Shown here: piece by piece, positions 38,801-47,453 of the stretch
How positions within the stretch are numbered: the stretch's first letter is position 1
How the letters are laid out: the number at the start of each line of letters is the position of its first letter
Origin: Candidatus Binatia bacterium
Lineage (GTDB): Bacteria; Desulfobacterota; Binatia; HRBIN30
Reading direction: 5' to 3'
DNA: 64,000 nucleotides
Assembly (NCBI GenBank): GCA_038245295.1
Contig: JBBRSP010000003.1
Span: 224,001 to 288,000, forward strand
Made by a program: the position numbers and the translations under genes
The notes under the pieces: model-generated
Databases searched by the model: none
Told to the model about the DNA's origin: nothing
Seen by the model: the letters and a program-made list of their open reading frames with translations, nothing else

Positions 38801-39099
38801 ACGAGGCGACCGAGGCATTACGCACTTATTTGCGTTTTGCACCCGAATACCCGGCCCATTGGGAGAACTTGTCGGTTCTCTTACGAAAGGTGGGACGCGA
38901 CGCCGAAGCAACGGATGCGGCGTACAACGCCGGGCAGGCGTCGCGCAATATCGTGCTGCGCCTACGACAGTTGGGCCGACGGGCCGAGTCGGCAGGGCGG
39001 CGTGACGAGGCTGTGGCCGAGCTCCAACGCGCCACGCAATTCGATCCGCAAGACGCAGCGGCTGGCGCCGATCTGCGTCGCTTGCTGATGACGCCGTGA
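35878..39099 (+). CDS. Fused multi-TM / spermidine synthase-like methyltransferase-fold protein with C-terminal TPRs
   Basis: Two EVVW-R/EVTW-R membrane repeats; VNGKTDA, LVIGLASGVT, VELEP, DDGR, YDVVISEPSNPW; TPR-like tail. Confidence 0.88.
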   Translation: MAPRKRQRGTKAQSGGVRLGKAGKRGWRSPPFLLCACLFASGVASLMFEVVWTRQLRLVFGSTSLAISTTLAAYMIGLGIGGVVAGGLAARLSNPGRAYALMEAATGVYALCVPWLILGVTSIDTAGDVESRFWLAALLRFVAALFVLLVPTMLMGASLPLLVEAVVRDEDDVGAPTGVLYGINTLGAVSGVLVATFVLFRTVGLVRTSWVASAIDITVGLIALLCFADAPARHNPATAEQGSGATHRWDRTLALAAYSLVGFTALLFEVTWTRLFSMITGSSVYSFATMLAVFLAGIAGGSLLISRVLAHRDDALRTCAQAAVLLACSAAFSFAVISWIPDLYARLAVASRLSTMGVLGSGLLCVLLVMLLPTLILGALFPLFARAVATLRGGAGEAVGTLAFANSVGSAVGAFATGFGLIPFFGIERTIGIGLATAFLVGAGTHWLAARRRGESASWQPVACVVAAGLWIIAPPRLDQGALSRGVFRDPVEFLNVSVAPLPLRGVPPPQILFYQDGLNTTVSVHASRGQRSLKVNGKTDAGTGADMSTQVLLGELPMLFGHHADTALVIGLASGVTVGSVALHGPRQVDVVELEPAMAEASHYFDEYNHRPLENPSVNLVTDDGRTFLGRQRARYDVVISEPSNPWMTGAASLFTEEFFAAARSALKPDGRLLQWVHLYAMPRESLASILAALRSQFPFVYGFTADHGSLDLLLLASQQPMERADLPVWENISPAARADLARVGIGSRAELLSLLRLMPADIATLAAAARTVNTDDSMSVELDSPLALHDRRSGQSNWSEIERFSDAATTLTNDESGQAQVELALAYLERGEPALATRAAAGLTATPAGDAVAALSRLREGEDDTGLRDSAIDALGRAAETHPQATVLYAKRAALLYEAERFDEAALAINRAMAIRSDDPRSRYLRLQIRLAQGQLGGAWEDAASLLDSAFGAYEPGLWLNLSRVAQARGEFNEATEALRTYLRFAPEYPAHWENLSVLLRKVGRDAEATDAAYNAGQASRNIVLRLRQLGRRAESAGRRDEAVAELQRATQFDPQDAAAGADLRRLLMTP

Positions 39100-39110
39100 T
39101 ACTCCGAAGC

Positions 39111-40244
39111 CTAGCGGAGAATGCCTATGCCATCGGGGAAGTCGAGGCCCTGGTCCATCACCTGCGGTGTTTGCGGTGCGCCGTTGACGAAGTGGATGCG
39201 CCGCACTCGCCCCAGTCCATCCACCGGGCCGATGCCGCCTTCGGTTTGGGCGATGGCAATGTCGGCAAAGTAGACGTCGCCGGCGGGGTCTACGCCGAGG
39301 CCGAGGGGCGTGCCGGTGCTGGGGTAGGGTAGTCTCTCGCCGGTCACCGGCGTCAGGATGCGGCGTACGAATGTACCGCTGGCATCGTATTCGGCGATGA
39401 CTCCGTTGAAGACACTGGAGACATAGAACGTGTCGTGGCCGCTGGCGACGACGGCATTCGGCGTCCGGACGTGGGTGTCGGTGTTGATGAACACCTCTTT
39501 GTGTAGCGCCGCAGCGGCGATCATCGGCGCGCCGGTAGAATCGGTGGATGCACAGCCGCCGGCCGCCGTGTCGCTAGTCGGGAACGGGCCGGTGTAGCGA
39601 TACACCGCCGGCGTCTCGCGAGCGCTCGCAACATAGATGCGATCGGTCGAATCGATGTAGATGCCGCCTGCCGTCCCGATGGTAATGTCGAGCTTGCAGT
39701 ACTTCGGCGACGCGGTATCGAACGGCGGGAACCAGACGATCAGCTGTCCATTCCCTGGACCATCGGCTTGATCGCCCACGTCGGTGGTGACGACGCGTCC
39801 AGCCGACAGAAAGCCGCAGCCATAGTTTTCCGCGTTGTCCGGCGAGCTTTGATACGTCGGTGTCAGCTTACCGATCTGGCGGACGGCAAACTTGCCGATC
39901 GCGTTGCCGTCGAGCTGAAAGATGCCCCAACCCTGTGGCGGGCTGGGCTGATTGGTGTCTTCGCCGGCGATGAAGCGATGCGAACCATCGGGAAAGAAAC
40001 AGATCTGCCCGTTGATATCGCGCCCGCTCGGATCTTCGGCGTGGTTGTGGTCGACAATCTGTTTGACGACGGCGCCGTCGGCGGTGAACTGATACGCGTC
40101 CAGACGGTTGTTCTCGGCGCTGAAGATGATTGGTGCCTGAGCCGTCGCCGAAGTTGAATTGTCCCCGTCGTCACCACACGCCGCGAGCAGCATGCCGGCA
40201 CCGACGAGGAGCACCCCAAGGCCAATGCTCCGAGAAGTACGCAT
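39111..40244 (-). CDS. Hypothetical lipoprotein, probable beta-propeller
   Basis: Lipobox LLAAC; repeated G/P-x-G-I blades; ends FPDGIGILR. Confidence 0.72.
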   Translation of the reverse strand: MRTSRSIGLGVLLVGAGMLLAACGDDGDNSTSATAQAPIIFSAENNRLDAYQFTADGAVVKQIVDHNHAEDPSGRDINGQICFFPDGSHRFIAGEDTNQPSPPQGWGIFQLDGNAIGKFAVRQIGKLTPTYQSSPDNAENYGCGFLSAGRVVTTDVGDQADGPGNGQLIVWFPPFDTASPKYCKLDITIGTAGGIYIDSTDRIYVASARETPAVYRYTGPFPTSDTAAGGCASTDSTGAPMIAAAALHKEVFINTDTHVRTPNAVVASGHDTFYVSSVFNGVIAEYDASGTFVRRILTPVTGERLPYPSTGTPLGLGVDPAGDVYFADIAIAQTEGGIGPVDGLGRVRRIHFVNGAPQTPQVMDQGLDFPDGIGILR

Positions 40245-40298
40245 GCGGCGCCCTAGACCACGAGATTTGCGGGCAAGTCAACTCGTTTGGCCAAATGG

Positions 40299-41540
40299 TT
40301 AGAGGCTGGCGCGCGATCCTGATTCGGGCGTCGGCTCATCGTAGGGTGGAACGGGGATGGTCGGCGCATCGACGCGCACCATCTTGCCGTTGCGCGTGAT
40401 GCGAAACTCATGGCCGCTCCAGCGCACCGTGTTGCCGAGAAAAGCGAAGAACCAGATCGCGCCGGCGAAGAGATCCTTGGGGATGACACACAAGGCCTCG
40501 AGCCAGGACATCGGTGCGTGGAAGTAGCGGTTGGCGATCTGATGTGCCGTGGCCACGCGGATGGCAAACAGAGCGATCGCTGCCGCGACCGACCACGGTG
40601 CGCCGAGGTTGACGACGACGTTGAGGATCGCCCACATCGATCCGTGGGTGACGCCGAGACCGAAGTAGCTAACGGGCCGAACGCTGCGATAGGTGCGCGC
40701 CCAGCGGAGTTGGTGATCAAACAGCCGCCGCCAGGTGCCTACAGCCAGGACGGTCTCGACGATGAGGTCGGCGATGACAATCCGGTAGCCGCGTTCGACT
40801 GCGTGGTAGCCGAGGTAGAAGTCGTCGGCGAGGTAGTCGACCAGGCGCAAGAAGCCGCCGATCTCATGCAGCACCGACCGCCGCACCGCGATGGTCGCCC
40901 CGAAGGCGTAGGCGGTGGTCTCGACGTATCGCGCCACACAGATGCTCGGCGCGAAGTCGGCGTTGATAAACAGCGATTCCACCAGGGTAGGGATGCCGCC
41001 CGTGTTGACAGCGCGGTAAACGCAGGTGACGACACCGACTGCCGGGTCTTTCAATTGCGCCACAAGGCGGCGGATGTAGTCCGGGGTGACGCGAATGTCG
41101 CTATCGGCCAGCACAAACACGTCATGCTCGGCAATCTGCACCATATTATGTAGGTTGCTGATCTTGTAATTGGCGCCGTAGATGCGCGGGTCGACGACAA
41201 GACGAATCGTGAGAGCCGGGAAGTCGCGCTCGAGCTTGTGAACTACCTCGATTGCCGGATCGTGCGGGTCGGCGACGCCGAAGACGACCTCGAAGCGCGG
41301 GTAGTCCTGTCGGCAAAAGGTTGCGAGATTGTCGTAAAGGTCGACCTCCAACCCCTTGAGCGGTTTCAGGACGGATACCGGCGGTAGACTTTGAGCATCG
41401 CCGGCATGTCCGTTGGTCAGCTTTCGGCGCGAGAAGGCACGGGCCGCAAAGACGCTGGCGACGTAATAAAACGCCGACGCCAGGATGCCAATCGCCAACA
41501 CGGCCTGCAGAGCGTATCCAAGGATCACAGTCGAACCCAT
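40299..41540 (-). CDS. hpnI: HpnI-like GT2 glycosyltransferase (bacteriohopanetetrol glucosamine / ceramide glucosyltransferase family)
   Basis: PVSVLKPLKG, QDYP, GANYKISNL, DSDIRV, LADDFYLG, QLRWART. Confidence 0.82.
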   Translation of the reverse strand: MGSTVILGYALQAVLAIGILASAFYYVASVFAARAFSRRKLTNGHAGDAQSLPPVSVLKPLKGLEVDLYDNLATFCRQDYPRFEVVFGVADPHDPAIEVVHKLERDFPALTIRLVVDPRIYGANYKISNLHNMVQIAEHDVFVLADSDIRVTPDYIRRLVAQLKDPAVGVVTCVYRAVNTGGIPTLVESLFINADFAPSICVARYVETTAYAFGATIAVRRSVLHEIGGFLRLVDYLADDFYLGYHAVERGYRIVIADLIVETVLAVGTWRRLFDHQLRWARTYRSVRPVSYFGLGVTHGSMWAILNVVVNLGAPWSVAAAIALFAIRVATAHQIANRYFHAPMSWLEALCVIPKDLFAGAIWFFAFLGNTVRWSGHEFRITRNGKMVRVDAPTIPVPPYDEPTPESGSRASL

Positions 41541-41597
41541 TCCGTTCCGAACCCCAAAACGTCCAGTCACCTTAACCGCCCGGTTAGGGTAAGGGCC

Positions 41598-41621
41598 AAA
41601 AAAACCCCGCGACTCGCGGGG
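41598..41621 (-). terminator. Terminator-like hairpin in the hpnI leader
   Basis: Minus strand reads ccccgcg-agt-cgcgggg followed by T7. Confidence 0.6.
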
Positions 41622-41717
41622 GCACCCAAACCGGGCAGGCGGCCAGTGGGTTACCGTAGCCCTTCGACGCAGTCAACCCGTGGTCTTCACGGAGAATTCT
41701 CAGTAAGGACACACGCC

Positions 41718-42728
41718 ATGGCCGGCCGTCGACGTATCCGTGTCGTGCTCTATGCGGCTTCCGCGGGCCTGCTGGTTGGCGCGGTGGCCGCGGCTGTTTG
41801 GTTGCGTCAGCAACTCCTGGCGCCGGTAACCCCGCCGGCTGGCGGCGTGCTGGTCCGGGTCGCCATGGGAGAGCCGTTCCCAGAGGTTTTGCAGGCTCTG
41901 ACCGACGCAGGCCTGTTGCCGTTCCCGCTGGTGGCGCGGCTGTGGGCACGATCGTCGGGCGTCGACCGGACGATTCGGCCGGGAGACTATTTGTTCACCG
42001 AGCCACGTAGCCTCATCGAGATCCTCGATACCCTACGCAACGGGACTGTCACCACGGATCGAGTGACGATTCCCGAAGGTTACACCTTGCGTCAGATCGC
42101 CGACGCCGTGAGTTTGGTTGGTTTGGCGTCGGCCGATCAGTTTCTGTGCACGGCGCGCGATCCAGAGTTCCTAGAGAGCCACGGATTACCGGCCACCGGT
42201 GTGGAAGGCTACCTCTTCCCGGATACCTATGAGTTCCCGGTCCGCGCCACGACAGAGATGATGCTCAACGCCATGTTGAGCCGCTTTCAGCAGCAGAGCG
42301 CGAGCCTCGATGGCGAGCGCGCCGGCAGCCGCTTCAACAGGCACCAGTGGGTGACACTCGCGTCGATCGTTGAGAAGGAGGCTCACGTAGCCGTCGACCG
42401 CGCTCTGATCGCCGCTGTCTTCCGCAATCGATTGCAACTGGGAATGCGACTACAGGCCGATCCCACTGCCGTCTACGAACGCGACGAACCGGGGAAGGTA
42501 CGTCCCGAAGACCTCGAGATAGAGTCGCCGTACAACACGTACTTGAACGCCGGTCTGCCGCCGGGGCCGATCTGTAATCCCGGACTGGCGAGCCTGCACG
42601 CCGCAGCCCATCCGGCGGAAGTCGACTATCTCTATTTCGTCGCCAGGGGCGATGGCTCACATGTGTTCTCGAAGACGCTCGACGAGCACAATACGCATGT
42701 CGCCGAGTTGCGGCGCTCCCGACGCTGA
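41718..42728 (+). CDS. mltG: Endolytic transglycosylase MltG
   Basis: VTIPEG, EGYLFPDTY, LASIVEKE, LQADPT, SPYNTY, GLPPGPICNPG, YLYFVA. Confidence 0.95.
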   Translation: MAGRRRIRVVLYAASAGLLVGAVAAAVWLRQQLLAPVTPPAGGVLVRVAMGEPFPEVLQALTDAGLLPFPLVARLWARSSGVDRTIRPGDYLFTEPRSLIEILDTLRNGTVTTDRVTIPEGYTLRQIADAVSLVGLASADQFLCTARDPEFLESHGLPATGVEGYLFPDTYEFPVRATTEMMLNAMLSRFQQQSASLDGERAGSRFNRHQWVTLASIVEKEAHVAVDRALIAAVFRNRLQLGMRLQADPTAVYERDEPGKVRPEDLEIESPYNTYLNAGLPPGPICNPGLASLHAAAHPAEVDYLYFVARGDGSHVFSKTLDEHNTHVAELRRSRR

Positions 42729-42789
42729 GGCCGACCCTTGACCGTGATTTGGAAACTCGTCATTCAATGACGTCGAACAGGGAGGAACG

Positions 42790-42963
42790 ATGGCCCAGAA
42801 GCTGAACGCTTGCTGTGAGGCGGCGCGTGCCGAATACGTGGCTCGGGTAGTCAAATCGACCCGCAGTTACCCGATCATCAAGTCGATTCCTTGTCCGACC
42901 TGTCGATCCATTGTGCCCATTCGTCTCTACGGTCCCCCTCCTTCTGAATCGGACGCCGCCTAG
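42790..42963 (+). CDS. Small Cys-motif protein (57 aa), possible Zn-binding
   Basis: GGAGGA RBS; MAQKLNACCEAAR...IPCPTCRSIVPIRLY...*. Confidence 0.7.
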   Translation: MAQKLNACCEAARAEYVARVVKSTRSYPIIKSIPCPTCRSIVPIRLYGPPPSESDAA

Positions 42964-42981
42964 GCGGCGTTGTCAGCCCCA

Positions 42982-43860
42982 ATGTCTCGTGCCTACGCTC
43001 GCGCTGCGGCCGCGGTTCTTAGCGCTGCAGCGGTAGCGCTGGTGTGGTTGCCTTACTGGCCCTCGGCGGGAGCGGACCGCTGGCTGATTGCCGTGGCCAT
43101 TCTGCTCTTCGCTCTGCATGGTTTGGTGTATGTCGTAGCGGAACAGGTTTACGGATCAGTTCCTGCCATCATCGCCGTGGTGACTCTCGGCTGTGCGGTG
43201 TCGGCATTTCGCGATGCCGGTATCGTGTTTGCGGATGTCGCTTCGACGCTGGTATACGTCGCCGCCGTCTACTCTCTGAGCCGCAACAGCCTCGATCCGA
43301 CACCGCAAGGGATCGTCCTTGCTGCGTTGGCCTGTGCGCTCACGGCCCTGGGCCCAATCGGAATCGAAGGGCTGGGCTTTCTGGCGGCCGCGATTACGCT
43401 GGCGCGCGCCCTGTCTCCGACGCCGCGCGAGCCGTGGCTGCGGAGCGTGCACGGCGCCGCGGTAGCGACGCTCTTAGCCGTAGCGACGGGTGGGCTGCTC
43501 GCTTCCGGCCTGGAACACCTGGGGCCCGGGATTGACGGCGCGTTTCGCTGTGCCACCGAGATGCCCAATCCATTACACTATGCGCCGCTGCTGATCCTCC
43601 TCGTCGTCGTGCTGACCCGTCCTTGGCGGAAGCATCGGCGGCACACCGATCTGTGCTCGGTTGGCGGTGTGAGTGTGCTTGTCTGGCTGTTCCTCGGCAG
43701 CGACGAGGCGGCGCGGCGCCTGGCGAGTTACGCGGTCTGGCCCCTACTGGCGCAGTTGGCGGCGGGGCAGTTCGATTCGGCCACCGGCGAGGCCCGGCGC
43801 TCACTGGTGGTCGGCGTGCTTGTAGTCGCGTTGATTGCGTCGTCTGGGCTTTTGGGCTGA
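42982..43860 (+). CDS. Polytopic membrane protein, distantly ArnT/PMT (GT-C)-like
   Basis: Many TM segments; VY...QVYG...A...DVASTL pattern. Confidence 0.55.
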   Translation: MSRAYARAAAAVLSAAAVALVWLPYWPSAGADRWLIAVAILLFALHGLVYVVAEQVYGSVPAIIAVVTLGCAVSAFRDAGIVFADVASTLVYVAAVYSLSRNSLDPTPQGIVLAALACALTALGPIGIEGLGFLAAAITLARALSPTPREPWLRSVHGAAVATLLAVATGGLLASGLEHLGPGIDGAFRCATEMPNPLHYAPLLILLVVVLTRPWRKHRRHTDLCSVGGVSVLVWLFLGSDEAARRLASYAVWPLLAQLAAGQFDSATGEARRSLVVGVLVVALIASSGLLG

Positions 43861-43943
43861 GGACGCCGAGGAGTCCGGAGAGCGGGGCACTCGCGGACTG
43901 AGAATCGAGAGTAGAAAACCGATAGATCGGGGTTGGACGGGAC

Positions 43944-43983
43944 CGTTCGGGGTGGCGTCAGGGGAAACGTCACCCCGAACGGG
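43944..43983. terminator. Hairpin between convergent units
   Basis: ccgttcggggtggcgt / acgtcaccccgaacgg, 16-bp stem with one imperfect pair. Confidence 0.65.
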
Positions 43984-44004
43984 TGTTGGGGAAGGAACGG
44001 GGGG

Positions 44005-44154
44005 TTATTTCGCGGGTCGATCTTTGGGGCGTTGCTTCAATGCTGTCTTTGCCACGGAGGGAGACGAGGTGGAGGCAACGGGGCGGCGCAGTGCCACAAC
44101 CATCTTCCAGTCACGTACGGCCTTCGACCACTTGCCCACTGCGATTACCTGCAT
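44005..44154 (-). CDS. Small basic protein (49 aa), putatively sigma54-transcribed
   Basis: GGAGG RBS; MQVIAVGKWSKAVRDWKMVVALRRPVASTSSPSVAKTALKQRPKDRPAK*. Confidence 0.6.
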   Translation of the reverse strand: MQVIAVGKWSKAVRDWKMVVALRRPVASTSSPSVAKTALKQRPKDRPAK

Positions 44155-44187
44155 CGCTCTCCACCTCCATGCACGCCCTTAGGTAAG

Positions 44188-44202
44188 GCAAGCGCCGTGC
44201 CA
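44188..44202 (-). promoter_or_regulatory. Sigma54 (-24/-12) promoter
   Basis: Minus strand TGGCACGGCGCTTGC equals the consensus TGGCACG-N4-TTGC. Confidence 0.75.
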
Positions 44203-44390
44203 GGCTGTCATTGGGAGACAAAGGGCGAAACGATGGGTTGATCGTACAGTCATGTACGGCGGTGCGCAGCAGCTAGGAACAAATGTGCGCGAAGTGCGCC
44301 GCGCCGGGATTACACCCTGACGAGCGGATGCGGCCCGTGTGACCGACAATTGCGGTGTGCCACTCGGCGTTGTATCGCCAAGCCCCACAT

Positions 44391-45623
44391 ATGAGCTCGT
44401 TGTCCCCAACCGAACGCCGCCAGTTGATTCTCTACCTCTCCAGTCGATTCTGTTCCGCCGCGGCTTTGACCATGTTGCGCTCGACAGTCTCTTGGCATGT
44501 ATTCGACCTTACCCATTCTCCGGCCTACCTTGGTTTCGTTGGCCTCGTGCAATTTGCTCCGCCGCTACTCCTCTCGCTCTTCGCCGGAGTCGTGGCGGAT
44601 CGGTTCGACCGCCGCCGCATCGTCATGGTGGGGCAGACGGTGAGTGCCAGTGTCGCGGCGATGCTGGCGTTGGGGACAGCCCATGATCAGATAACCCTGC
44701 TGCTGATCTTTGCCGGTGTGGTGACCATCTCCGCGGCGGCTACGTTTCAGAACCCGGCTGGTGCGGCGATTCTCCCGTCGATCATGCGCCTCGAGGTGTT
44801 GCCTCGCGTCGTAACGATCGCCTCGACCGGGCAGGCGTTGGCTTTTGCGTCGGGGCCGGCGATCGGCGGCGTGATCATCGGCAGTGCAGGGATTGTTCGT
44901 GCCTACGCGACCGTAACCGGGCTGTTGTGCTTGTCGTTGCTGCTCCTGTCACGCATGCGCTACACGCCGCGCTCGCAGGAGCGCACGGCCCTGTCGTGGG
45001 CCTCGATGGTCGAGGGCGTACGCTTTCTGGCGAGCAATCGCGTCATCCTGGGTTGCATGACCCTCGATATGTTTGCGGTGATCTTCGGCGGCGCTGTCGC
45101 CCTTCTGCCGATTTATGCGAATGAGATTCTGAAGGTCGGGGCCCACGGGTACGGCGTCTTGTCTGCCTCGATGGAGGTTGGTGCGCTCAGCACTTCGCTG
45201 GTGCTGATGTTCCGTCGACCGATCCAACGCTCGGGGCGAGCCATGCTGATCGCGATTGGCGTGTTCGGCGTCGCGACGATGATCTTCGGGGCGTCACGCT
45301 CGTTCCCGTTGTCGATTGCGGCGTACATGCTGGCGGGCATGGCGGACCAGGTCAGCGTCGTCATGCGCCACACGATGATTCAGCTCAACACGCCGGATGT
45401 CTTGCGCGGCCGCGTCAGCGCCGTCAATTTCATTTTCATCGGTGCCTCGAATCAGTTGGGCGCAGCCGAATCCGGGTTCGTCGCGGCCCTCACCAGCGCG
45501 CCGTTTTCGGTCGTCAGCGGCGGATTCGGTTGTCTCGTGGTGCTGGCGGTGGTGTCGTATCTGATTCCGGAACTGCGCCGTTATCACGTGGCGACGCGCA
45601 ACGTCGCTACTTCGCCAGCCTAG
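44391..45623 (+). CDS. MFS transporter (MFS_3/DHA3-like)
   Basis: GVVADRFDRRRI, LDMFAVIFGGAVALLP, TPDVLRGRV. Confidence 0.9.
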   Translation: MSSLSPTERRQLILYLSSRFCSAAALTMLRSTVSWHVFDLTHSPAYLGFVGLVQFAPPLLLSLFAGVVADRFDRRRIVMVGQTVSASVAAMLALGTAHDQITLLLIFAGVVTISAAATFQNPAGAAILPSIMRLEVLPRVVTIASTGQALAFASGPAIGGVIIGSAGIVRAYATVTGLLCLSLLLLSRMRYTPRSQERTALSWASMVEGVRFLASNRVILGCMTLDMFAVIFGGAVALLPIYANEILKVGAHGYGVLSASMEVGALSTSLVLMFRRPIQRSGRAMLIAIGVFGVATMIFGASRSFPLSIAAYMLAGMADQVSVVMRHTMIQLNTPDVLRGRVSAVNFIFIGASNQLGAAESGFVAALTSAPFSVVSGGFGCLVVLAVVSYLIPELRRYHVATRNVATSPA

Positions 45624-45699
45624 TGTCGTTGGGAAGGTCGCGCCCGACCGCTTGCCGGTGTCTTAGCGCCACGCTTCGTGGCAACATTGGAACGACGCC

Positions 45700-46374
45700 A
45701 TGCCGATTCTACGCTTTCCTGATCCTCGTTCCGCCACGCCTGAGGGCATCGTTGCCGTCGGCGGTGACCTGCATCCCGATTCTCTCCTGTTGGCCTACCG
45801 CCAGGGCATCTTTCCGTGGCCGTCGCCGGGGTATCCGCTGCTGTGGTTTTGCCCGCCGGAACGGGCCGTGCTCGAGTTTGAGGCTTTGCACGTGCCGCGC
45901 AGCCTGCGTGCCGCGCGCCGGCAGAGCGGCCTGCGCTTTACGTTCGACAAAGCCTTCACGGATGTCATCCAATCGTGCGCCGCGATGGCCCGACCTGGGC
46001 AAGATGGCACGTGGATCACGCCGCAGATCATTGCTGCCTACACTCGACTGCACCAACTGGGCATCGCGCACTCGGCCGAAGCGTGGGAGGGGGGGCGGCT
46101 GGTTGGCGGTTTGTACGGTGTCGACGTCGATGGCGCATTCGCGGCGGAAAGCATGTTCTACCGCGCCCCGAACGCCTCGAAGCTGGCGCTGCTCTATCTC
46201 ATCGAGCATTTGGGCAAGGCGGGTCTCGATTGGATCGACGTTCAAGTCATTACTCCGCACGTCGAACGGCTCGGGGCACGCCCGATCCCGCGCGATGAGT
46301 TCCTCGACCGCTTGCGGGCGACGCGGACGCGCGGTCTCCGGCACTTCGCGCCGCAGTCATCCTCGCCGGCGTGA
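45700..46374 (+). CDS. aat: Leucyl/phenylalanyl-tRNA--protein transferase
   Basis: GGDL, AYRQGIFPW, GTWIT, AHSAEAW, LVGGLYG, ESMF, NASK. Confidence 0.95.
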   Translation: MPILRFPDPRSATPEGIVAVGGDLHPDSLLLAYRQGIFPWPSPGYPLLWFCPPERAVLEFEALHVPRSLRAARRQSGLRFTFDKAFTDVIQSCAAMARPGQDGTWITPQIIAAYTRLHQLGIAHSAEAWEGGRLVGGLYGVDVDGAFAAESMFYRAPNASKLALLYLIEHLGKAGLDWIDVQVITPHVERLGARPIPRDEFLDRLRATRTRGLRHFAPQSSSPA

Positions 46375-47340
46375 GGTTCGCGCCGATCCACGGTGCAGCG
46401 ATGCAGCGCTGGAATCGGCCGGCGTGTCCGTATGCGTCGCCCTATGGCGCGAGATCGCCGCTGGCCCGGTTGCGAAGGCGAAGACACCGCTGGCGGTGGT
46501 CAACAGACCAAGCCACTGCATCGGCGTGGGTGACTCACCGAGCAACAGGAACGTCGAGCCAATCGACAATAGGGGAATCGAGGGGACAACGATGGCGGTT
46601 GTGCGCGCCAGGTCGAGGCGCACGACGGCGGCGTACCACACCGTCGTTCCCATGTAGCTGAGCACTACGCCCTGCAAGGCCAGCAAGGGGATTGTCGGCT
46701 GCACGCTCTGCCAGTCCGGCAGACGCCCCCAGCCACCCAAGAGGAGCCAGATAGCCGTCAGCGCCAGTCCGCCGTAGATGTACCGCGCCCCGGAAAGGAC
46801 TTGCGGTGACACACCACGTAGGCCGCGCAGGACGACGAGGTGTGACAGTTGCCACGACAGTGGCGTTACCAACAACAGCCACACACCCAGCGACGGTGAC
46901 ATGCTGGCGCTGCCGATGGCCAGGGCGACGCCGGCAACGATCGCCAACACGGCAAACAGCCGGCGCCGCGTCGGCGTTTCTCCCAAGCCGAGCCAGGCGA
47001 TCAGCAAGGCGAAGACCGGCTCAGACTGCAGGCATAAGGTCGCCTCGATGGCGCTGGCGCGCTGCGCCCCGGCGAAGAAGAGCAGGAACGCCACCACACT
47101 GCCGAGCGACCCGACGAGGAAGAGCAGCGGCCCGTGCCGACGGTTGAACAACGCGCCGACTTCTCCACGCACCAGCAGCACGCCGAGCGCCGCGAGACCG
47201 CCGAACACGGTAGTGGCCATGGCGACAAAAAAGGCATCACCAGCGTTCGTCGTCAGCTTGGCGATGGCTGGGACAAAGGCGCCGTTGAGAGCGCACAGCG
47301 CCGCGAAGAAGACTCCGGCGCGTTCCTCGGATGTGCGCAT
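46357..47340 (-). CDS. DMT/EamA family transporter
   Basis: About ten TM segments in two repeats, each ending in LGE. Confidence 0.85.
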   Translation of the reverse strand: MRTSEERAGVFFAALCALNGAFVPAIAKLTTNAGDAFFVAMATTVFGGLAALGVLLVRGEVGALFNRRHGPLLFLVGSLGSVVAFLLFFAGAQRASAIEATLCLQSEPVFALLIAWLGLGETPTRRRLFAVLAIVAGVALAIGSASMSPSLGVWLLLVTPLSWQLSHLVVLRGLRGVSPQVLSGARYIYGGLALTAIWLLLGGWGRLPDWQSVQPTIPLLALQGVVLSYMGTTVWYAAVVRLDLARTTAIVVPSIPLLSIGSTFLLLGESPTPMQWLGLLTTASGVFAFATGPAAISRHRATHTDTPADSSAASLHRGSARTSRRRG

Positions 47341-47453
47341 GCGGCGCTCTTAGGGACTCGACTGTCGGGGCGCAACCAGAGATCGCTCAAACAGACTTGC
47401 GCCGCCACCATCCTCGTGGAAGATGCCGGACTTCAGAAGAAAGGAAGGGCGTT

